Assembly (NCBI RefSeq): GCF_000711695.1
Contig: NW_013547021.1
Span: 310,001 to 374,000, forward strand
Reading direction: 5' to 3'
DNA: 64,000 bases
Source: Tilletiaria anomala UBC 951
Lineage: Eukaryota
Shown in pieces: positions 57,978 through 64,000 of the stretch. A program made the translations under genes and the position numbers. Each line of letters begins with the position of its first letter. The first letter of the stretch is position 1. The notes under the pieces were generated by a model. It was not told the DNA's origin, searched no databases, and was given only the letters and a program-made list of their open reading frames with translations.

Positions 57978-59985
57978 CGTTGAGACTTGGTATGCTCAAA
58001 GAGGTCTGTGAGGCGGCTCTCTGGGTATTGCGCCCCTTTGTTGGCTTGCGAAGTTGGGGAACAGATGTGAGTTGGCGGAGCAGCAGCGGTGCGGCGGTTA
58101 CCGAACAAACCGCCTCTCCTCGACTCACTGGCGGTCTCGCGTATGTGTACAAGCGCAGCGGTTTAGGCGCTCAGCCGACCCTGGAGATTATGCACGACAA
58201 TCTCTCACCTGAATTCGGACCCGCTGAGCCTTCAACGTTGCAGACCATTGTCTATTTTCTTTCTTTTATCGGCGCGCAAGTAGTCACACAGGAAAAAAAG
58301 AAAGAAACGCGAAGATTAGCAGACATGCCACGGGCGCACACTACCGAGACAAAGTGAAACATCCTCTTATCGCTTCCTCTTATCCTTTTCTCTACCATCT
58401 TCTCGACACTCCGAACTTCCTCCGTCCTTCGTTATCAAGTCATGGATCCTCGTCTTCGTGCCCGCAGCGGATAGCTGAGTCTGGACTAGTCTGGATGGCG
58501 CCTAACGCACCGCTCCCATTGACGACCGCTCAGCCCTGCGAAGAGGCGCATTGGCGGAACCATGAGGCGAATTGCAGAACTGAACGAGCCTTGCGCTTAG
58601 TAATTGTATCCCGTGGCATGATGGCCAGTGATCATGTAAGGACTCCTCCATAAGGCTCCGCTCTCTGCCCTCCACAAACCCACTATCCAGGATCCAAGGT
58701 TCTACACGCGAGACCTGCTTGGGTGCGCTTCCTTTGTCATATCTGAGCTCGCTAGAGGACGCAGGCCGCTGGGTACAGAGGTTTGCTGCAGCTCTCAGTT
58801 GCCTTGCATATGACCCTGTCGGCATGGCATGGGAGGGGCCCCGCAGTCCTCGTCCCTTCCGCCGGTCTGCGCATACCCATCAGAAGGCTCTCGGGTGCAC
58901 ATTTGCGCAGGCTGCCTTGCGTCGTACTCAGTGCTGATGCACTATGTATTGTTTACCAATGCTCACCCTGATCTGGAAGCCTGGGGCAAATTTTATGGAG
59001 TCGCAGTGTTGCTCCACTTTCATTGCCAAGATCAAACGGCCGCGGCTCAACTAACTACCTTGGTGAGGGCTTGCCACTTGCCAGCCATGCTTGCTTTACT
59101 TGTGAAGGGAGGCCCACCAAGTCTTCTCCCAATGTCACTAATGTCAGCAGCTGATACTGCGTACGTACCTAGGAAGCGTCCGCGCTCGGAAGGTGACAAT
59201 GCATAATCTCAGCAGCCTATCGAAGGATTATGCAAGTGTGCATGAAGCCGCCTTGTACTACGTATGCACAGGTATGTACAAACATGAATGTACGCCGCAC
59301 TGTGGACGTGTACGAATGACAAACTAAGTGCGTACATATGTACCAAATTAGACTGTTTCTACATGTGTGTGCAAGGCGTAATTTTCACTGACAAGTGATT
59401 TGCTAAAAATGCAGCCAGGAACTGCCTAGCTATTTCGAACGCTACACACTTATCTGATGCCTGGAGTAGCACATGGCTTGATTATGGTTCCTGGTTGCAA
59501 TATATGTTTCGATATTTGCTTTCGGTCAAGTCCGATACATTTGTTCTTCAACTGTAAGGAGTCAGCCAGTCTGGGAGTTGTACGTAGTAAAGCCACCTTC
59601 CTGCCCTTCGTTGCTGTCGCAGGTGAAACGGTCAAAAGGCGAGCTGATAGCGCTGGTGCTGCACAGTGCCCTGTTTGGCCATTTCGCCGCTTTGAGCGTG
59701 AAGAGTCAACTCCCAAATGCATCTCTCGGTCTGGGTTGTCTATGAAGAGGATGCCCTTAGCTGCACTCTGCGACACTGGCCTGTTGTCACTCAGTATCTG
59801 GTCTGGCATCTGCTTCATTCGTCTGTATGTAAACGGGCTCCACCTGGCTCCTCTCGTCTGCACGCACAGCACTGACCGCATTTAGCCGCAGGTTCCCTCC
59901 TCAAGCTATCGGCTCGCTGTCGTTAGCGAACTGCACAGCACAACACGTCCATATCAATTCATTTAATGATTTGGTGTGTGGCATT

Positions 59986-60314
59986 TGATAGCGGTCTGCC
60001 GCCGTCAATGGGACAATCAAAGTTGACTCGAATTAAGACAGGTCAGCGCTCGCTTATCGCTCGGTCTCCCGCTGCTTGGCATTTTCGCCTTCCCCACGTC
60101 GCCTGAAGTCCCTGATCGCCTCCCTATCCACCGTCAGTATCGTTCCTGTTGGGTTCTTCGGCGTCGTGTTATCAAGCGATCGCCCATGAGCCTCAGCGAG
60201 CCAATCTTTTGGCGTACGTACGGATATTGCACACATCCCGCGGCTCATTCACCATCCGCAGTGCTGTGCACAGCCCATAGCCAGTGCTCAGCCCTTTTCT
60301 CCCCATCGCTTATC
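59986..60314 (+). promoter_or_regulatory. Cluster of GATA cores upstream of the amino-acid permease (putative AreA/Nit2-type nitrogen regulation)
   Basis: TGATAG 59986, CTTATC 60053, CTATC 60124, TTATC 60169 and CTTATC 60309, with TATATA near 60403. Confidence 0.45.
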
Positions 60315-60534
60315 ACAGCAAGCCCCCGCGGCCTCCCTGGAAAAAGGACGGACTGCAGAGTCCAACCACAATTGCAGCTTCTTTCGCAATCTTTCCTTGG
60401 AGTATATAGGCATCACTTCACCTCCAGCCCCCGCTTGTCTCATTGTTCTCGACCCTGCATCGCACACCGAGGACGTTCTTGCTTCTCCGCGCGCACATCA
60501 CTCACACGACCTGCAACAACACTTGAGCACAAGC

Positions 60535-62662
60535 ATGGCGACCATCCAATCGCAGCGCCCGTCCTCGAGCGGTGGCGGCTCATCGGATGAGAAGCGCGAC
60601 CTGAAAGCCGAAGGCGCCACGCTCGAGAAGCAAGATGCATTCCAGATTCTGCGCAACAGCGAGAAAGGCATTGGTGCCAATGGCGAACTGGAAGTCAAGC
60701 GAGACCTGAAGCCGCGTCAGATTAGCGTAAGTGCAGTCGCCAAAGACATGCTTTCAGAGACAATCGTTGACGCGTGACAATCTTTTTTACTCGTCTCAGA
60801 TGATTGCCATCGGCGTGAGTGTCGCTCACTCACCAGATCTCCTTGCGTCCGTCCACAGCAAATGTTGACGTGGCCTATTCGCTTTTCCCTTTACCACAGG
60901 GTGCTATCGGCACAGGTCTCGTAATCGGCACTGGTGGCGCTCTAGCCAAGGCCGGCCCAGGATCGCTGTTGATAGGCTATTCATTAATGGGTGCCACATG
61001 TTTCCTCGTCATGTGCGCCTTGGGAGAGATGGCAACATACATGCCCCACAAGCGTGGATTTGCTGGCCATGCCACCCGCTTCGTCGGACAGAGCTTCGGA
61101 TTCGCTACTGGGTGGAAGTGAGTACGCTGTCGTAGCGCTTTCACGTCTTCTCACCACAAGGAATAACTGGGCTAACGAACTTTTTTCTTTTTTTGCTTGT
61201 GCAGCTATCTCTTCAAGTATCTCATGATCTCGCCCAATCAACTCGTCGCATCTGGACTTGGTACGTTAACCCTGAAGCTGGCCGAAATGATCCGCTGTCG
61301 CACTAACATACCATTCTTCCTTATGCCTCGCCATGTGCAGTCATTCAATACTGGCGTCCAGACTTGTCTCCGGCGATCTTCATCTCGGTCTTTATTGTCG
61401 TCATCCTCGGCATCAACTTCCTCGGCGTCAAGGTGTTCGGCGAGGTCGAATTTTGGCTATCCATGATTAAAATCATTACACTCACCGGCCTTATCCTCGC
61501 GGGTCTCATCATCGACCTCGGTGGTTCCCCATCTGGGGACCGCATCGGTTTCCGCTACTGGCAAGGAGGCCGTGCATTCCTTGAGTACAAGTCTAAGGGC
61601 AGCCTTGGACGCTTCCTTGGTTTCTGGAGCGTAATGGTCAACGGCCTGTTCGCGTACATGGGCACCGAACTCGTCGCCATCACTGTTGGCGAAGCTCGCA
61701 ACCCGCGCAAGTCTGTCCCGAAAGCGATTCGAAGCACGTTCTTCCGGATCCTGTTCTTCTACATCTTCGGCGTTGTCATCGTCGGCATGGTCGTCGCGGC
61801 AGACAGCCCCCTACTCTTGACAGCGAACAAGCAGAGGCTCGGCGCCGCAGCCAGTCCGTTTGTCGTTGCCATCAAGGCGGCTAACATCCGTGTGCTGCCT
61901 TCGATCATCAATGCGTGCATCTTGATCTTCACGTGAGTATTGCCCCTGATAAGTCCATTGTATGGAAGAGTTTCAGATGACTGACCTGTGTTCACCCTTT
62001 CTTACTGAAACAGACTTTCGGCCGCCAATTCGGACCAGTACGTCGCCTCACGTACCCTGTACAGTCTTGCCATGGACGGCAACGCGCCTGCCATCTTCAG
62101 ACGCTGCAACAGCATGGGCGTACCATACGTTGCGCTGATCAGCACCGCGCTTTTCATGGCCCTCGCCTACCTCACCCTTTCGGACGGCGGAGCAATCGTC
62201 TTTGGCTACTTTGTCTCGGTCGTCACCATCTTCGGCGGGCTCACGTGGATCTGCATCTTGATCTCGCACATCCAATTCATGAAGGGACTCAAGGCGCAAG
62301 GCATGAGCCGTGACGATTTGCCGTATAAGGCGCCTTTCCAGCCGTACGGGTCTTACATCGCCGTCTTCTTCACCTCGCTCGTCGTCTTTTTCAAAGGCTG
62401 GGACAGCTTCATGCCTGCGTTCCAGTACAAGAGCTTTATCACAAACTACATTGGCTTCCCAATTTTCTTCATCCTCCTCTTCGGCCACATGCTCATCAAA
62501 CACACGTCTTTCATCAAGCCCGCAGACATTGACCTCCTCACGGACGCGCGCGAGTTCAACGAAGAGGATGAGCTGGCTGCCAAAGAGGACGAGGAGCGCG
62601 AGGAGATGATTCGCCGCGCGCCGCTCCACAAGAAGATTTGGTACAAGCTGCAAGATTGGTGA
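60535..62662 (+). CDS. APC-superfamily (YAT) amino-acid permease, Dip5-like (introns 60727-60799, 60815-60899, 61118-61204, 61261-61340, 61933-62013; ~573 aa)
   Basis: LKPRQISMIAIGGAIGTGL, ALGEMAT, FGEVEFWLSMIK, IGFRYW, AYMGTELVAITVGEARNPRK, SPFVVA and LPYKAPFQPYG. Confidence 0.93.
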
Positions 62663-62816
62663 TCGTTGCAAACATTTTTACTGCACGTCATATTGAGTTC
62701 CCTACTGCTTGTTGTAGAATAGATCTTGCGCATCATGCTCAAGCAATCAAAAGTGTGCGAGGGCACATGAGCTAAAAATTCTGTTGTGCTGAATGTGTAC
62801 CAATGCAGCGCGCGCT

Positions 62817-63516
62817 TCATATATCTTTATCAACCACGGAAACGGCAAATAGACGTGGTTTTCGCTCCTTTCTGCCCCCCGGAGATGTCGAGGGTGACTC
62901 GGCTGGAAAGCATTCCTCGAGCTTGTCTGAGATGAACAGTCCACCGACGCAGCCGGCTGTGAATGCGAATGTAAAAGAATAAGGAGCCGTAGAATACACA
63001 ACGGGATTATTTTTTGTATGTTCTCACCGCCGAAGATAGTCCCAAATGCCATCCTTACTCTCGGTGGCAGTGCTTCAGGCGACAAAAATGTGCCGAAAGA
63101 AGAGTTGTCAGGTTTTATGATGCTCGTGACTTCGTCTTGTACGCTTCCTCACCAAGCCAAGACTGCCATATCGACTTCTTCGTCCCACCCTTTCCGCCTT
63201 CCGGCCCTCCTTCGCCCCCATCAGGACCATGGGAACCAACGCTTTGCGGATGAGACCGAGACGAAAGTGGAGACTGCGGCCGTGGAGGCGCAGGCTTTGA
63301 CATGGGTAGCTGCGGAGAACTGGAGTGGACATGAGACCTACTGGAGAAGGATGATGACGAGCTCGAGGCGCCAGTACGAGATAAATTTGCGAGACGCCTG
63401 TGTATTACGGATGCACGGACTAGTGCTGAGTGGAGGACAGGCTGGCCGCTGTGCAGGATGGGCAGCCGGCTCGGCCCGGCGTGCGAGGCGAGGGCCAAGA
63501 CTAGGGAGGCAGCCAT
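62817..63516 (-). CDS. Small single-TM, probably mitochondrial protein of unknown function (introns 63073-63152, 62957-63027; ~182 aa)
   Basis: Three exons join in frame. An Arg/Ser-rich presequence-like N-terminus with few acidic residues precedes SIWQSWLALPPRVRMAFGTIFGAGCVGGLFISDKLEECFP. Confidence 0.65.
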
Positions 63517-63685
63517 GTTCTCTGTCTCTTTTGCACTCCTGCTGAGCCCCAAAGGACCGCTTCGAGCACTGTTGAGGGACACTGCAGGCAGTGCGTGAGT
63601 GAGGTACTGACAAGGTAGTACTTGGCTCCTTGCTATGGGAACCAGAAGCAGAGTCGCCTCTGCCAAAAAGCTGGAAGCTGGGTGA

Positions 63686-64000
<315 letters not shown>

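Overview
Eukaryotic fungal genomic DNA, GC-rich with short GT-AG introns. Gene content and intron style point to a basidiomycete, probably smut-related (Ustilaginomycotina); this is inference. I reconstructed 21 complete protein-coding genes (20 spliced, plus the single-coding-exon BTG/Tob gene) and a window-truncated proteasome alpha-3 gene. In order: ERG5/CYP61, a large Ran1/Ksp1-like kinase, a BTG/Tob-domain protein, a HAM1/DUF4449-like protein, a short-type phosphoglycerate mutase, SUR7/PalI, an HSL-like hydrolase divergent from a Zn2Cys6 factor, an NTF2-like orphan, RPP1, COX17, THG1, ATG6, RNR2, an expansin-like DPBB protein, RCF1, GH16, GH65 acid trehalase, a MOSC/mARC-like protein, an amino-acid permease, a small mitochondrial membrane protein and PRE9. 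A decayed Zn-alcohol dehydrogenase and other possible gene relics lie at about 18.6-24 kb. I could not support any tRNA, rRNA, CRISPR array or transposon. No clear novel multi-gene system is evident. The best leads are the fungal BTG/Tob protein next to an insert-laden kinase, MCB-box and GATA clusters, a 750-nt AUG-free leader, GTAC-dense intergenic patches, several microexons and an unusual GAG splice acceptor in ATG6. All family assignments are from motif recognition, not database searches.
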